A DNA stretch of 64,000 nucleotides from an uncultured Candidatus Saccharibacteria bacterium (GCA_964602665.1 CAZRRH010000003.1:2963-66962); one strand, 5' to 3'. Positions 36,241 to 47,023 are shown, counted from the first letter of the stretch. The notes: generated by a model not told the origin, from the letters alone. Translations and numbers: made by a program.

Positions 36241-36831
36241 ATGGCAGATATTAAAGGTATAGATAAAGTTAATAAAACGATGACTAATCCTCTTTTCGCA
36301 ATACCTGTTGGCGATGATGCTCCAAATGAAGTAAATATGCTTGTAGAAAATCCTAAGGGAAACATTAATAAATATGAATACAATACGGCTACAGGACTGA
36401 TAAAGCTTGATCGTGTGCTATATTCCCAGATCCCTTATCCAATTGAATATGGCGCGATACCACAAACTTGGGATGAAGACAGTGATCCCTTGGATATAAT
36501 GTGTCTTATAACTTATCCGACATTTCCTGGATGTTTATTAAGTGTAAGACCTGTTGGTGTGCTACTTTTTGATGACTGTGGTGAGGTTGATGATAAGATT
36601 TTAGCCGTTCCAACTGATGATGTAAGATTTAGAAATATAAAAGATATTTGTGATGTCGATCCACATACTTTAGACGAAATAGGTTTCTTTTTCGCAAATT
36701 ATAAGCAGTTGCAATTTAAGTACAAAAATAAAGAAGGAAAGGTCTTGGTAAAAGAGTGGAAAGGGAAATCATCTGCTCATGATATTATAAATAAGGCTGT
36801 CGCAAGATTTAAAAAAGAGTTCCCAGCTTAA
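36241..36831 (+). CDS. ppa: inorganic pyrophosphatase (family I)
   Basis: 196 aa. The …NPKGNINKYEYNTATGLIKLDRVLYS…YPIEYGAIPQTWDEDSDPLDIMCL… core matches soluble PPase. Confidence 0.85.
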   Translation: MADIKGIDKVNKTMTNPLFAIPVGDDAPNEVNMLVENPKGNINKYEYNTATGLIKLDRVLYSQIPYPIEYGAIPQTWDEDSDPLDIMCLITYPTFPGCLLSVRPVGVLLFDDCGEVDDKILAVPTDDVRFRNIKDICDVDPHTLDEIGFFFANYKQLQFKYKNKEGKVLVKEWKGKSSAHDIINKAVARFKKEFPA

Positions 36832-36836
36832 TAATA

Positions 36837-37436
36837 TTACAAGCAGTTTTTCCAAGGGGATGTTCCTCTTGTTCTTATCATATTTAATGCAATGTCTATT
36901 TGCTCGTATCCATTCCATATATCTTTTCCACCGTTGTTTCTATATGTGCTTGGATGGAATTGTAAAAGGCCATGGTTTACGCCGTTACTTGCTTGTGGAT
37001 TACAAGTAGACTCGCATTTAATTAGCTTTTTAAGCAAAGTAGACTCGTGATTTTCAAGGCTTAGTGTATCGACATAGGCAAACCAGTAGTTACATCCTTT
37101 AGGGCCAGTTTTGCTTCCAAGTACCTTGGGCTTAGGTTCAATTTCTTTGATATAAATAATATATGGAAATAAAACAGGTTTTTCTTCATCTACAATATAC
37201 TGATTTGTGCTATTAAAATTAAGATTCTCTAGGTTAAGGACGATGTCCTTTGCATTACTGTATGTTGTTCTTTCTACCACATTTTCTTGGTTGGGAAGTA
37301 CAATTTTGACATATTTAGGACGATTAAAAATTGACAAAGAATTGCCAGTATTTTGTTTAGCTAAAACTGATAGTGGGAATACGGTTATTATAAAAAAGGC
37401 CGACGAAAAACTTAATAAGATTTTTAAAAAGGACAT
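36837..37436 (-). CDS. secreted protein with C-terminal transglycosylase-like (Rpf/SLT-like, lysozyme-fold) domain
   Basis: 199 aa. Signal peptide. The C-terminus KCESTCNPQASNGVNHGLLQFHPSTY… resembles the Rpf transglycosylase-like motif (CESGGNW…GGLQF..STW). Confidence 0.45.
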   Translation of the reverse strand: MSFLKILLSFSSAFFIITVFPLSVLAKQNTGNSLSIFNRPKYVKIVLPNQENVVERTTYSNAKDIVLNLENLNFNSTNQYIVDEEKPVLFPYIIYIKEIEPKPKVLGSKTGPKGCNYWFAYVDTLSLENHESTLLKKLIKCESTCNPQASNGVNHGLLQFHPSTYRNNGGKDIWNGYEQIDIALNMIRTRGTSPWKNCL

Positions 37437-37571
37437 CAGTATAAAAATAAACTTATTCCTATTAAGAGTACTTGGGGAGAATATAATAATTAATCAGAAT
37501 CTTAATAAGACAATTCTGACTATACCATATTTTAGTAGAAATTTAAATAAAGATATGGTACACTACATAGT

Positions 37572-39008
37572 ATGAAAAAGAAACTATTTTTAATACCACT
37601 TGTAGTCATAGTGCTACTAATAGGTGGTTTGTTTATAAATGATTATCTTAAGAAGAAGGAGTCTCAAAACAGTATTATTAAATACGATCAGCTTATTACG
37701 GCTGCCGACTCTTATTATGCAAGTAAACAGTTTGCTTTGGCGTTAAAAGAGTACACAAAAGCTTCGGACATGTTGCCATACAGGCCAAATGCTTATATTG
37801 GGATAATAAATATCCTTATGGATAAAAAGCTATATGATAAAGCAGAGGAGACGATTCCTGTCATTACAAGCAAGCTGACATCAGAAGAAATGTCTGCAAT
37901 AAATGAGCTTATGGGGGATAGGTACACACAGATTAATGATTGGGATAAAGCAGCTCAATATTACGAAAAAACTGGAGATTCGTATAAAAAGGCAAAGGCT
38001 TATATACTGATTGAGGAATACGGTAAAGCCAAAGAAGTTGTAAAAGATTTAGAAGACGATGATTCGCTTATTGTTTATGCGTTATTATATGCACAAGAAC
38101 AAGATCTTGCCCAAATGTCTAGCATAATGAATAAAAGCGGATGTCAGACAGAAGATAAGACACCAACATGTAACAAAGTAAATGAGCTAAAAAATTTAAT
38201 CGACAAAGCCAATGAGAACAATAAAGAAAAACTTTATATAGCGACTCTATTCTCAAAATATGCATATAACCAAGGATACTACGCATTGTCAGGTCATATT
38301 GTAGAAGATCAAATAAATGAGAATGTAGAATATTGGGAGAGTGTTTATTTGTATGGAATATCCTCTCTTGCTACGGGTAATTCTGAGTTGGCAATTGAAA
38401 ATATCGAGGAGGCTATTAATCAGGGGTGTAATCTAGCTGAATGTTATTTATCATTGGCAAGAAGTTATCGTCTTGCTGGCAATGTCGAAAAGACCTCGGA
38501 GTTTTATGAAATGGCTATATCAATAGACAAAAACACAGATATTGCAGAATACATTGATTGGCTTATAGAACAGAAACTCTATGCCAAAGCAATCGAGTTT
38601 TTAAATGCTTATAAAACAGATGGTGATATTGCCAATTTTAGCCTACTAATTAATAAAATTAAAGTCCAGATTGCGGATGAAAACTGGACAGAGGCAAAGA
38701 ATCTTGTTGATGGAGCAGAAACATTACCGTCAGATTTAGAAGATGTTTTAGTTGCTCAATTTCTTAGATATAAAGGGCATATTCATCTAACAATATTAGA
38801 GTCTGATGGCAAAGAGCCAACCCAGGACATTGTTGACAATATTAATAAGCTAGGTCAAACCGTAGAGAATGATGCTTGGTATTATTTACTACTGGGCAGA
38901 TTGTATAAACTGCAGGGAGATATAGAAAAAGCCACAGAAAGTTTAGAAAGAAGTATAGACATAGATACAACAGGCGATGTAAGTAATATCGCAAGGAAGT
39001 TTATGTAA
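37572..39008 (+). CDS. membrane-anchored tetratricopeptide-repeat (TPR) protein
   Basis: 478 aa. N-terminal TM, then repeated 34-aa-like A/Y/L-rich helical pairs (…ALALKEYTKASDMLPYRPNAYIGIINILMDKKLYDKAEE…). Confidence 0.55.
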   Translation: MKKKLFLIPLVVIVLLIGGLFINDYLKKKESQNSIIKYDQLITAADSYYASKQFALALKEYTKASDMLPYRPNAYIGIINILMDKKLYDKAEETIPVITSKLTSEEMSAINELMGDRYTQINDWDKAAQYYEKTGDSYKKAKAYILIEEYGKAKEVVKDLEDDDSLIVYALLYAQEQDLAQMSSIMNKSGCQTEDKTPTCNKVNELKNLIDKANENNKEKLYIATLFSKYAYNQGYYALSGHIVEDQINENVEYWESVYLYGISSLATGNSELAIENIEEAINQGCNLAECYLSLARSYRLAGNVEKTSEFYEMAISIDKNTDIAEYIDWLIEQKLYAKAIEFLNAYKTDGDIANFSLLINKIKVQIADENWTEAKNLVDGAETLPSDLEDVLVAQFLRYKGHIHLTILESDGKEPTQDIVDNINKLGQTVENDAWYYLLLGRLYKLQGDIEKATESLERSIDIDTTGDVSNIARKFM

Positions 39009-39084
39009 TTGTCTTTTGATAAAAATAAAAACTATCTCGTAAGGGGTGTAAGAGGGCTTGGCTTAAAGGAGATCTTCCCAATAC

Positions 39085-39113
39085 TTGCGATATCAGCTTA
39101 TTTATGGTATAAT
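39085..39113 (+). promoter_or_regulatory. sigma70-type promoter upstream of fusA (TTGCGA-17 nt-TATAAT with TGG extension)
   Basis: -35 TTGCGA at 39085..39090, a 17-nt spacer, extended -10 TGGTATAAT at 39105..39113. The fusA ATG is at 39178, giving a 65-nt leader. Confidence 0.5.
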
Positions 39114-39177
39114 TAATAGTCCTACAAGATTCTAATTGTTGGGACAGTTTTTATTTCTAAATTTATTAGTAATTATT

Positions 39178-41265
39178 ATGGGAACGCAGATAACTTATGA
39201 TGTAAAAATGCCGCTTAATGTTGTAAGAAATATTGGCATTATCGCTCATATCGATGCTGGTAAGACTACCACAACAGAGAGAATTCTTTACTTCACTGGA
39301 CAGAAGCATAAAGTTGGAGAAGTGCACGATGGTGAAGCAACGACAGATTTTATGGTGCAAGAACAAGAGCGGGGTATCACAATAATGTCTGCGGCTGTTA
39401 CTTGTTTTTGGACTGTTAATGATATGTTGTATAGAATCAATATAATTGATACTCCGGGACATGTGGACTTTACAGCTGAAGTTCAAAGATCTTTGCGCGT
39501 ACTTGATGGAGCTGTGATGATATTTGATAGTAGGCATGGAGTTGAACCACAATCAGAGACGGTATGGAGACAAGCTAACGATTATGGTGTTCCGAGGATA
39601 TGCTTTGTCAATAAGCTTTCTCTTATAGGGGCTGATTTCTTGATGTCTCTAGGCACAATTAAAGAAAGATTAAGTAAAAAGGCTGTAGCGGTTTCACTTC
39701 CTATAGGCCGAGAGAGCGAGCATAGAGGCATGATCGATTTAATCGAGATGAAGGCTTATACTTATAAGAACATTGAAGATATAGATGTAATTGAGGAAGA
39801 AATACCTGCAGATATGCTCGAAATGGCAAATAAGTATAGGGCTGAGCTTCTTGATAGAATTGTGGAACAAGACGACGCGCTAATGGAGAAATATTTGGCG
39901 GGTGAGGAGATATCAGTTGATGAGCTTAAGAAGGCAATGCGTAAAGGCGTAATTGCAAACGAGATTTATCCTGTTACTGGTGGTGACTCCCGAACTCCTA
40001 TAGTCAAGAGATTGTTAAATATGGTAATCGAGTATTTGCCTTCTCCTTTAGATATTCCTGCTGTAAAAGGTGTGCATCCTAAGACAGGTGAGGAGGTTGA
40101 AAGGAAAGCCGACGAGAATGAGCCATTCTCTGCGTTGGTGTTTAAGCTTGTAAATGATGAGCATATTGGTACACTGTCTTACTTCAGGGTTTATTCCGGT
40201 AAGATAAAATCAGGCGTTTATGCTTATAACTCAACAAAGAATATTAAAGAAAGAGTCAGTCGATTGGTTCTTATGCATGCAGATCAAAGAGAAGAAGTGG
40301 ATGAACTTAGAGCTGGAGACATTGGAGCCATAGTTGGACTTAAAGATACAGACACTGGCAATACAATTTGTGATGAGAGCAAGCCTGTTGTTTTGGAGCA
40401 GATTAAATTCGCAGAGCCAGTCGTTTCACAGGCAATTGAGCCTGCCTCCAAATCAGATCAGGAGAAGCTTGGAATGTTCCTCGCACGCTTAATGAAGGAA
40501 GATCCTACTTTTAAAGTTTTTACAAATCATGAGACAGGCCAGACCATAATGAGTGGGATGGGCGAGCTACATCTAGATATTATGGTCGACAGATTAAAAA
40601 GAGAGTTTGGAGTAAATGCTAATGTTGGAGAACCACAAGTTGCTTATAGAGAGACTATTACCGCAGTAAGGGAACAGGAAGGTAGATATGTTAAGCAGTC
40701 TGGTGGTAAAGGACAGTATGGGCACTGCTGGCTTAGGTTGGAACCAAATCCTGGTAAAGGATATGAATTTAATGATGAAGTTAGAGGAGGTGTTGTCCCT
40801 AAGGAATATATCCCTTCAATTGAAAAAGGTGTTAAAGAAAGTTTACTTTCAGGTGTGATTGCTGGCTATCCGGTGGTAGATATCAAAGTAACTGTTTATG
40901 ATGGTTCTTATCACGAAGTTGACTCATCTGATGCGGCATTTAAGGTTGCAGGCTCTATGGCTTTTAAAGACGGTTGTAGAAATGCTAATCCAGTTCTTCT
41001 TGAGCCAATTATGTTGCTTGAAGTTAGTGTTCCACAGGAGTTTATGGGAGATGTAACTGGGCAGATAAGTAGTAAGAGAGGTCGAATAGAGAAAACTGAA
41101 ATAAAGGGCAATGTTCAGGTTGTAACAGCCAAAGTTCCACTTGCTGAATTGTTTGGCTTTACGACTTTACTTAGATCTATAACAAGTGGGCGTGGAAGCG
41201 CATACATGGAAATGTCGCACTATGAACAGGTGCCAAAAAACATCGTCGAACAGATGAAAAAGTAA
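39178..41265 (+). CDS. fusA: translation elongation factor G
   Basis: The ORF track opens at 39136 but the conserved EF-G N-terminus begins at M15, ATG 39178 ([10 protein letters not shown]…[22 protein letters not shown]). Full G, II, III, IV and V domains (…HVDFTAEV…, …[18 protein letters not shown]…). Confidence 0.9.
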   Translation: MGTQITYDVKMPLNVVRNIGIIAHIDAGKTTTTERILYFTGQKHKVGEVHDGEATTDFMVQEQERGITIMSAAVTCFWTVNDMLYRINIIDTPGHVDFTAEVQRSLRVLDGAVMIFDSRHGVEPQSETVWRQANDYGVPRICFVNKLSLIGADFLMSLGTIKERLSKKAVAVSLPIGRESEHRGMIDLIEMKAYTYKNIEDIDVIEEEIPADMLEMANKYRAELLDRIVEQDDALMEKYLAGEEISVDELKKAMRKGVIANEIYPVTGGDSRTPIVKRLLNMVIEYLPSPLDIPAVKGVHPKTGEEVERKADENEPFSALVFKLVNDEHIGTLSYFRVYSGKIKSGVYAYNSTKNIKERVSRLVLMHADQREEVDELRAGDIGAIVGLKDTDTGNTICDESKPVVLEQIKFAEPVVSQAIEPASKSDQEKLGMFLARLMKEDPTFKVFTNHETGQTIMSGMGELHLDIMVDRLKREFGVNANVGEPQVAYRETITAVREQEGRYVKQSGGKGQYGHCWLRLEPNPGKGYEFNDEVRGGVVPKEYIPSIEKGVKESLLSGVIAGYPVVDIKVTVYDGSYHEVDSSDAAFKVAGSMAFKDGCRNANPVLLEPIMLLEVSVPQEFMGDVTGQISSKRGRIEKTEIKGNVQVVTAKVPLAELFGFTTLLRSITSGRGSAYMEMSHYEQVPKNIVEQMKK

Positions 41266-41374
41266 TGATTTGGCAATCAAGCCAAATTAGAGATGTGAAT
41301 TTGTTGCATTTTTGAGTCTGTTATGATATGATAAACGAGAAACTTAATTAATTAAATTATTTATTTAAAAAAAT

Positions 41375-42541
41375 ATGGCGGATTTTATAAGAAATAAACC
41401 ACATGTCAATATCGGGACATTGGGCCATGTAGACCATGGTAAAACAACACTCTTAAGAGGTGTTTTACGAGTTTTTTCTAATGATTACGAGAAAGTTGTT
41501 GATAAGCTTGATAAGGATCCTATGTCAAGAGCTAAGAGTATTACTATCTCTATTGCACACATTGAAGTTGAGACAGAAAATAGACACTATGCAGTTGTTG
41601 ACTGTCCAGGCCATAAAGACTATATCAAGAACATGATTACTGGTGCCGCGCAAATGGACGGTGCTATACTTGTTGTTTCTTCAACTGATGGCGTTATGCC
41701 TCAGACTAAAGAGCATTTATTGCTTGCAAGACAAGTTGGGGTTCCAAAGGTTGTAGTCTTCATAAATCTTTTTGGTGAAGCAGATGCAGAGATACTTGAG
41801 CTTATTAAGGTTGATGTTGCTGAATTACTTGAGAAATACGGATACGATCCAAAAGCACCTGTTGTAATTGGCGATGCTCTTAAGGCACAAGATGGTGCCC
41901 AAGAGGGTCTTGATGCTGTTAAAGAACTTTTTAAGGCTGTTGACGAATATATCGAAGTCCCAGAGAGACCTTTGGATAAGCCATTTCTTATGCCGATTGA
42001 GGATGTTTTCTCAATTGAGGGAAGAGGTACTGTTGTAACAGGTAGAGTTGAGAAAGGTTCTGTAAAAGTTAATGATACAGTTGATGTACTTGGTATGGCA
42101 AGAAAAGATCAAAATACGGTTGTTACAGGTATCGAGATGTTCAACAAATCACTTCCTGAAGCGCAAGCTGGAGATAATGCAGGTATATTGCTTAGAGGAC
42201 TTAAGAGAACAGATGTTGAGAGAGGACAAGTGCTTGCTAAGACAGGATCGGTTAAGACTCATACGGAATTTGTTGCTCAGTGCTATGCTCTTAAAAAAGA
42301 GGAAGGTGGAAGACACAAAGCATTCTTCAAGGGATACAAACCACAATTCTATATTAGAACAGCCGATGTAACAGGAGAGGTTACTTTACCTGAGGGAGTT
42401 GAGATGGTTATGCCTGGAGATAATGTTGATTTGACAATTAAATTGATATCACCAGTCGTTATTGAGGAAGGAATGAGATTTGCTATTCGAGAGGGTGGAC
42501 AGACTGTTGGAAATGGCGTCGTTACAAGTATTATTAAATAA
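41375..42541 (+). CDS. tuf: translation elongation factor Tu (divergent)
   Basis: 388 aa. [45 protein letters not shown] and the GDNVD box. Several otherwise-conserved blocks are altered (e.g. TLLRGVL for TLTAAIT). Confidence 0.9.
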   Translation: MADFIRNKPHVNIGTLGHVDHGKTTLLRGVLRVFSNDYEKVVDKLDKDPMSRAKSITISIAHIEVETENRHYAVVDCPGHKDYIKNMITGAAQMDGAILVVSSTDGVMPQTKEHLLLARQVGVPKVVVFINLFGEADAEILELIKVDVAELLEKYGYDPKAPVVIGDALKAQDGAQEGLDAVKELFKAVDEYIEVPERPLDKPFLMPIEDVFSIEGRGTVVTGRVEKGSVKVNDTVDVLGMARKDQNTVVTGIEMFNKSLPEAQAGDNAGILLRGLKRTDVERGQVLAKTGSVKTHTEFVAQCYALKKEEGGRHKAFFKGYKPQFYIRTADVTGEVTLPEGVEMVMPGDNVDLTIKLISPVVIEEGMRFAIREGGQTVGNGVVTSIIK

Positions 42542-42550
42542 TAGACTTTT

Positions 42551-42865
42551 ATGGCTACAAAGAAACAGAACAAAATAAGAGTAAAGATAAAAGGATATGA
42601 TAGTAGCGTAGTAGAAGCTTCTGCTAAGAACATAATGGAGGTGGCAATAAACACAGGAGCCAAGGTTCTTGGCCCTGTGCCACTCCCTACAAACAAGAAG
42701 CTTTATGCAATGTCTAGATCACCTTTTATTTACAAATCTTCTTTTGAACAGTTTGAGATGGAAGTCCATAAGAGAATGATAGATATAATTGATCCTACCG
42801 TCAGTACATTGGAGAAATTGCAGAATTTGCAACTACCAGCTGGTGTAGGTATAGAGGTTAAGTAA
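42551..42865 (+). CDS. rpsJ: 30S ribosomal protein S10
   Basis: 104 aa. IRVKIKGYDSSVVEASAKNI…SRSPFIYKSSFEQFEMEVHKR. Confidence 0.9.
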   Translation: MATKKQNKIRVKIKGYDSSVVEASAKNIMEVAINTGAKVLGPVPLPTNKKLYAMSRSPFIYKSSFEQFEMEVHKRMIDIIDPTVSTLEKLQNLQLPAGVGIEVK

Positions 42866-42866
42866 A

Positions 42867-43448
42867 ATGAAAGCTATAATTGGAAAGAAAATTGGTATGA
42901 CACAGATGTATAAGGATGATAGGGCAAATCCTGTAACTCTTATAGATGTGTCAGATTGTAAAATCGCTTTTGTTGATAAATTAGGCGTAGAGCTTGGCTT
43001 TGGTAATAAAAAGAATCCTACAAAAGCACAACAAGGCAAGTACAAAGCTGCCGGCTATGTTCCTCTTTTTAGACAGTATTTTTACGGACTCAAATTAGAG
43101 CTTAATGCGGGAGAGCTTGTTGATCCAACTTTATTTGTTGTCGATGAGCTTGTAGATGTAATTGGAGAATCAAAGGGTAAGGGATATGCAGGAGTCGTTA
43201 AAAGATGGGGATTTAAAGGTGGTAAAAGGACCCATGGACAATCAGATAGACAAAGAGCTCCTGGCTCAATTGGCGCTGGTACTGATCCTGGTAGGATAGA
43301 GAAAGGTAAAAAAATGGCAGGAAGAATGGGAGGAGAGAAAATCTATAATGAAAACAAGAAAATCGTTGATATTAAAGATGGAGTTATTGCAATAAAAGGA
43401 AGCGTTCCAGGCAATAAAGGAGATAAAGTTATAATTATAAAGAAGTAA
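42867..43448 (+). CDS. rplC: 50S ribosomal protein L3
   Basis: 193 aa. AIIGKKIGMTQMY…TDPGRIEKGKKMAGRMG. Confidence 0.9.
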   Translation: MKAIIGKKIGMTQMYKDDRANPVTLIDVSDCKIAFVDKLGVELGFGNKKNPTKAQQGKYKAAGYVPLFRQYFYGLKLELNAGELVDPTLFVVDELVDVIGESKGKGYAGVVKRWGFKGGKRTHGQSDRQRAPGSIGAGTDPGRIEKGKKMAGRMGGEKIYNENKKIVDIKDGVIAIKGSVPGNKGDKVIIIKK

Positions 43449-44050
43449 TGAAAGTTGATATAATAAATACAAAAGAGTCTTTGGAGTTGTCAAAAGAGGT
43501 ATGGGGGCTTGATTACAATACAGACTTAATTGCTCAAGCAGTCTGCATATACAGATCAAACAGAAGAGCTAACACTGCTAGGACAAAAACAAGAGCAGAT
43601 GTTTCCGGAGGTGGTATTAAACCTTGGAAACAAAAAGGTACTGGTAGAGCAAGGCATGGTTCAAGAAGATCTCCAATATGGGTAAAGGGAGGTGTAACAT
43701 TTGGTCCTAATAGTGAGAACTGGTCGAGGAAGCTTAATAAGAAAATGGCTAGGAAGGCTAGAAATATCGTGCTTTCCGGGAAATTAAAAGACAATGAAAT
43801 CTTTTTTGTTGACTTATCAAAAATTGGTAAAGACACAAAAGAGATTCGGAAAAATTTGATAAAAGATATGGACAAAAAGAGTTTAAGTTATCTCATAATA
43901 ACTGATAATAAAGATGTTCAGCTAGCAATGAGGAATATGAGCAATGTTAGCGTTCTTAAGCTTGAAAATGCGGATACATACGAGTTATTGGCAAGTAAAA
44001 TACTTGTAATAGACAAAAACTATATAGATAAGATTGAAGGCAAGAAGTAA
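43448..44050 (+). CDS. rplD: 50S ribosomal protein L4
   Basis: 200 aa. …TKTRADVSGGGIKPWKQKGTGRARHGSRRSPIWVKGGV…. Confidence 0.9.
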   Translation: MKVDIINTKESLELSKEVWGLDYNTDLIAQAVCIYRSNRRANTARTKTRADVSGGGIKPWKQKGTGRARHGSRRSPIWVKGGVTFGPNSENWSRKLNKKMARKARNIVLSGKLKDNEIFFVDLSKIGKDTKEIRKNLIKDMDKKSLSYLIITDNKDVQLAMRNMSNVSVLKLENADTYELLASKILVIDKNYIDKIEGKK

Positions 44051-44051
44051 A

Positions 44052-44405
44052 ATGGCAAAAGAGAAAGCAAAAACCAAAACCAAGGTAAAAGTAAAAGAGC
44101 CTGATTTTATATTTGATAAAATAATAAAATCTCGTGTGGTTACAGAGAAATCGTTTAATAGCGCAGATCAGTTGAAAAAATACACATTTTACTTAGAGGC
44201 AGATAAGAATAAGCTAGAGGCAAAAAAAATAATTGAGAATAAATATAAAGTTAAAGTTGCAAAAATTAATATTATTACTGTTCCTGGGAAGCTTAAGAAA
44301 ACAAGAACAGTAAAAGGCATGCAGATAAAAAGATATCCTGACAGAAAAAAGGTGATGTTTACATTGAACGAAAAAGATGAAATTAAAAACTTTACACAAA
44401 TATGA
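44052..44405 (+). CDS. rplW: 50S ribosomal protein L23
   Basis: The ORF track opens at 44034 inside rplD. The ATG at 44052, directly after the rplD stop, gives MAKEKAK…IIKSRVVTEKSF… with L23 size and pattern. Confidence 0.8.
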   Translation: MAKEKAKTKTKVKVKEPDFIFDKIIKSRVVTEKSFNSADQLKKYTFYLEADKNKLEAKKIIENKYKVKVAKINIITVPGKLKKTRTVKGMQIKRYPDRKKVMFTLNEKDEIKNFTQI

Positions 44406-45244
44406 TAAAAAGATTTAAGGCAAAAACAAGTTCGCTTAGAGGTACAAGACTACTTGATACTAGTCATCTTGACAGTAACAAAGATATTCCTTCAAAGTTA
44501 CTGAAGACAAAAAAGAAAAACGCAGGTAGAAATAATACAGGAAGAATAACTGTAAGACACCAAGGAGGTGGATTTAAAAGAAAGATTCGTGTTATAGATA
44601 TGAAAAGGGATAAGTTTGGTGTTAAAGCAAAAGTTGCTGGAATATATTTTGATCCTAACAGGACGGCTCATTTGGCTTTGCTAAATTATGCTGACGGGGA
44701 AAAACGGCTTATACTTGCAGTTAAAGAAATGAAAGCAGGAGATTATGTAATATCAGATGAAAAAACAGATGTAATCCCAGGTAATGCAATGCTTATTAAA
44801 AATATACCATCAGGTACAATCGTTTGTTGTGTTGAAAATGTTCCACAGCAGGGAGCAAAATATGCTAGATCTGCTGGAACATCTGTAGTTGTGCAGGGAA
44901 TTGATCCAACAGGTAAATATGTACAGTTAAAAATGCCTTCAGGAGAGATAAGACTTGTTGGTAAAGAGTGCATGGCAACAATAGGGTCTATTTGCAATGA
45001 AGAGAAAGTAAATGTGAAACTTGGAAAAGCTGGAAGAAAAAGAAATCTTGGTATTAGACCAACTGTTAGAGGAATGGCAATGCATGCTGTACAGCATCCA
45101 CACGGTGGTGGTGAAGGTAAAGGTGTTATAGGAAGGGGAAAAGATATATGGGGTCATAGAATTGGTACTAGGACAAGAAAGAATAAGAGAACTGATAAAT
45201 TCATAATAAAAGGTCGAAAGGTTAAGACAAGACCAGATAGATAA
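44402..45244 (+). CDS. rplB: 50S ribosomal protein L2
   Basis: 280 aa. …VRGMAMHAVQHPHGGGEGKG… is the L2 signature. Confidence 0.9.
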   Translation: MIKRFKAKTSSLRGTRLLDTSHLDSNKDIPSKLLKTKKKNAGRNNTGRITVRHQGGGFKRKIRVIDMKRDKFGVKAKVAGIYFDPNRTAHLALLNYADGEKRLILAVKEMKAGDYVISDEKTDVIPGNAMLIKNIPSGTIVCCVENVPQQGAKYARSAGTSVVVQGIDPTGKYVQLKMPSGEIRLVGKECMATIGSICNEEKVNVKLGKAGRKRNLGIRPTVRGMAMHAVQHPHGGGEGKGVIGRGKDIWGHRIGTRTRKNKRTDKFIIKGRKVKTRPDR

Positions 45245-45261
45245 CTTAAAATAAAAAATAA

Positions 45262-45567
45262 ATGGCAAGGTCGCTTAAAAAAGGACAATACGTAGATAAA
45301 AACATAGTAGAAAAAGTAGCAAGAGCTATAAGTAGTGGTGATAGGAAACCTATAAAAACATGGGCGAGAGCTAGCGTAATAACTCCAGATATGGTAGGTC
45401 TGACATTTGCGGTTCATAACGGTAAGAAACATGAGCAAGTTTTAATAATGGAAAATATGATTGGACACAGACTAGGCGAGTTTTCAAAGACTAGGACATT
45501 TAAAGGACATGCTAAGAAAGGTAAAATATCTAAGGTTTATGGAGGTACGGGTAGATTTGAATCATAA
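45262..45567 (+). CDS. rpsS: 30S ribosomal protein S19
   Basis: 101 aa. [12 protein letters not shown]…[25 protein letters not shown]. Confidence 0.9.
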   Translation: MARSLKKGQYVDKNIVEKVARAISSGDRKPIKTWARASVITPDMVGLTFAVHNGKKHEQVLIMENMIGHRLGEFSKTRTFKGHAKKGKISKVYGGTGRFES

Positions 45568-45579
45568 TATTACAAAAAT

Positions 45580-45933
45580 ATGGAAAAGAGCAAAATAAAA
45601 GACAAAGTAATCGTGAAGGGAGTTCCTTATACTCCACAGAAGCTTAGATTAATAGCTGATCTTGTAAGGGGCAGAGAATCAAAAAATGCTATTTCAATCC
45701 TAAAAGTGCTTAATAAAAAAGGAAGTATATATGTAAGAAAAGCTATCGAATCGTGTCTCGCTAATATAAATTATAAAAACGGTTATATTCCTGAGAAACT
45801 TTATATAACAGAAATAATGGTTGATGAGGAATCTAACAAATATAGCAAAAGAGGGCGATTTGTTTCACGAGCAAGGCATACAATATTGGTTAAAAGAAAA
45901 TCAAAATTAAGTTTAGTATTATCAGAAAAGTAA
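45580..45933 (+). CDS. rplV: 50S ribosomal protein L22
   Basis: 117 aa. …PQKLRLIADLVRGRESKNAISILKV…. Confidence 0.85.
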   Translation: MEKSKIKDKVIVKGVPYTPQKLRLIADLVRGRESKNAISILKVLNKKGSIYVRKAIESCLANINYKNGYIPEKLYITEIMVDEESNKYSKRGRFVSRARHTILVKRKSKLSLVLSEK

Positions 45934-45934
45934 A

Positions 45935-46561
45935 ATGGGTCAGAAGATTTCAGCACATGGACTTAGGCTTGGAGTTAATGTAGAACACCTTTCAAATTGG
46001 TATTTTGAGGGTAAAGATTATGCCAATGCTTTAGCTGAAGATATTAAAATAAGAAAGCTTGTTTTTGCAAACATGAAAGTTGCTGGCCTTGCAACTACAC
46101 ATATTAATAGGAATGAAAACATTGTTGAGATAATAATTTCAGTGTCAAAGCCTGGAGTTGCTATAGGTAGAGGCGGAAGAGGAATTGATGAATTAAAAAA
46201 AGAGCTTGAGAGATTAACAAAAAAGCCTGTAACATTAAAGATTAACGAAATAAAGAAACCTGATTTATCGGCTCCTGTTATTGCAAGAGAAGTTGCAGAT
46301 GGATTAGAAAGAAGATTACCGATTAAAAGATTAATGGGAAACTGCAAAGAGAAGGTTATGAATGCTGGCGCACTTGGAGTTAAAATTCAGGTATCAGGAA
46401 GAATTGCAGGCGCAAAGCAGGCCAGAACAGTAAAAATTTCAGACGGACAAGTGCCTCTTCATACGATAAAAGCAAATATTGACTTTGTTGAAGATACAGC
46501 ATATGTTAGAAATATGGGATTATTTGGAATTAAAGTTTGGATAAATAAAGCAAAGGAGTAG
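45935..46561 (+). CDS. rpsC: 30S ribosomal protein S3
   Basis: 208 aa. MGQKISAHGLRLGVN…KH domain…GRIAGAKQARTV. Confidence 0.9.
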   Translation: MGQKISAHGLRLGVNVEHLSNWYFEGKDYANALAEDIKIRKLVFANMKVAGLATTHINRNENIVEIIISVSKPGVAIGRGGRGIDELKKELERLTKKPVTLKINEIKKPDLSAPVIAREVADGLERRLPIKRLMGNCKEKVMNAGALGVKIQVSGRIAGAKQARTVKISDGQVPLHTIKANIDFVEDTAYVRNMGLFGIKVWINKAKE

Positions 46562-46565
46562 ATTT

Positions 46566-46979
46566 ATGTTACAACCTAAGAAGGCAAAATACAGAAAGCA
46601 ATTTAGAGGGAAGATGCGTGGCGTAAGTGGCTCAAATAACTCTGTATCTTTTGGAGAATTTGGTCTTAAATCAACAACAAGAGGATGGGTTAATGCAAGG
46701 GAAATAGAAGCCGCAAGAAGAGCGATAATAGGTCATACTAAACGAAAAGCTAAGGTTTGGATTAAGATTTTTCCCGATAAATCTTACACACAGAAAGCAA
46801 CAAACTCAAAAATGCTTGGTGGTAAGGGAGATGTTGTTGGTTATGTTGCAGTTGTAAGGCCGGGATTAGTGATGTTTGAAATAGCTGGTGTCAAAGAGGA
46901 TATAGCTAAAAGAGCACTTGAATTAGGAGCAGCTAAGCTATCTGTCCTTACAAAAGTTGTTGAAAAAACTGATTTTTAA
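46566..46979 (+). CDS. rplP: 50S ribosomal protein L16
   Basis: 137 aa. MLQPKKAKYRKQFRGKMRG…. Confidence 0.9.
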   Translation: MLQPKKAKYRKQFRGKMRGVSGSNNSVSFGEFGLKSTTRGWVNAREIEAARRAIIGHTKRKAKVWIKIFPDKSYTQKATNSKMLGGKGDVVGYVAVVRPGLVMFEIAGVKEDIAKRALELGAAKLSVLTKVVEKTDF

Positions 46980-47023
46980 TTGAAAAAATATAGGAAAGGT
47001 GGTAAAATAACTATTCAGAAACT

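Noticed and set aside
37207-37575. 122-aa plus-strand ORF
   Set aside because: It overlaps the N-terminal signal-peptide region of the minus-strand transglycosylase-like gene and the divergent promoter region. The composition is low-complexity and there is no motif.
39136-39177. N-terminal 14-codon extension of fusA proposed by the ORF track
   Set aside because: The conserved EF-G N-terminus begins at the internal ATG 39178, and a sigma70-like promoter lies just upstream. The hydrophobic extension is not credible.
41269-41286. Inverted repeat TTTGGC-aatcaa-GCCAAA just after the fusA stop, as a possible terminator
   Set aside because: The stem is only 6 bp and AT/GC-mixed, and no U-tract follows. 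It is not a convincing intrinsic terminator, and tuf is probably co-transcribed or has its own promoter.
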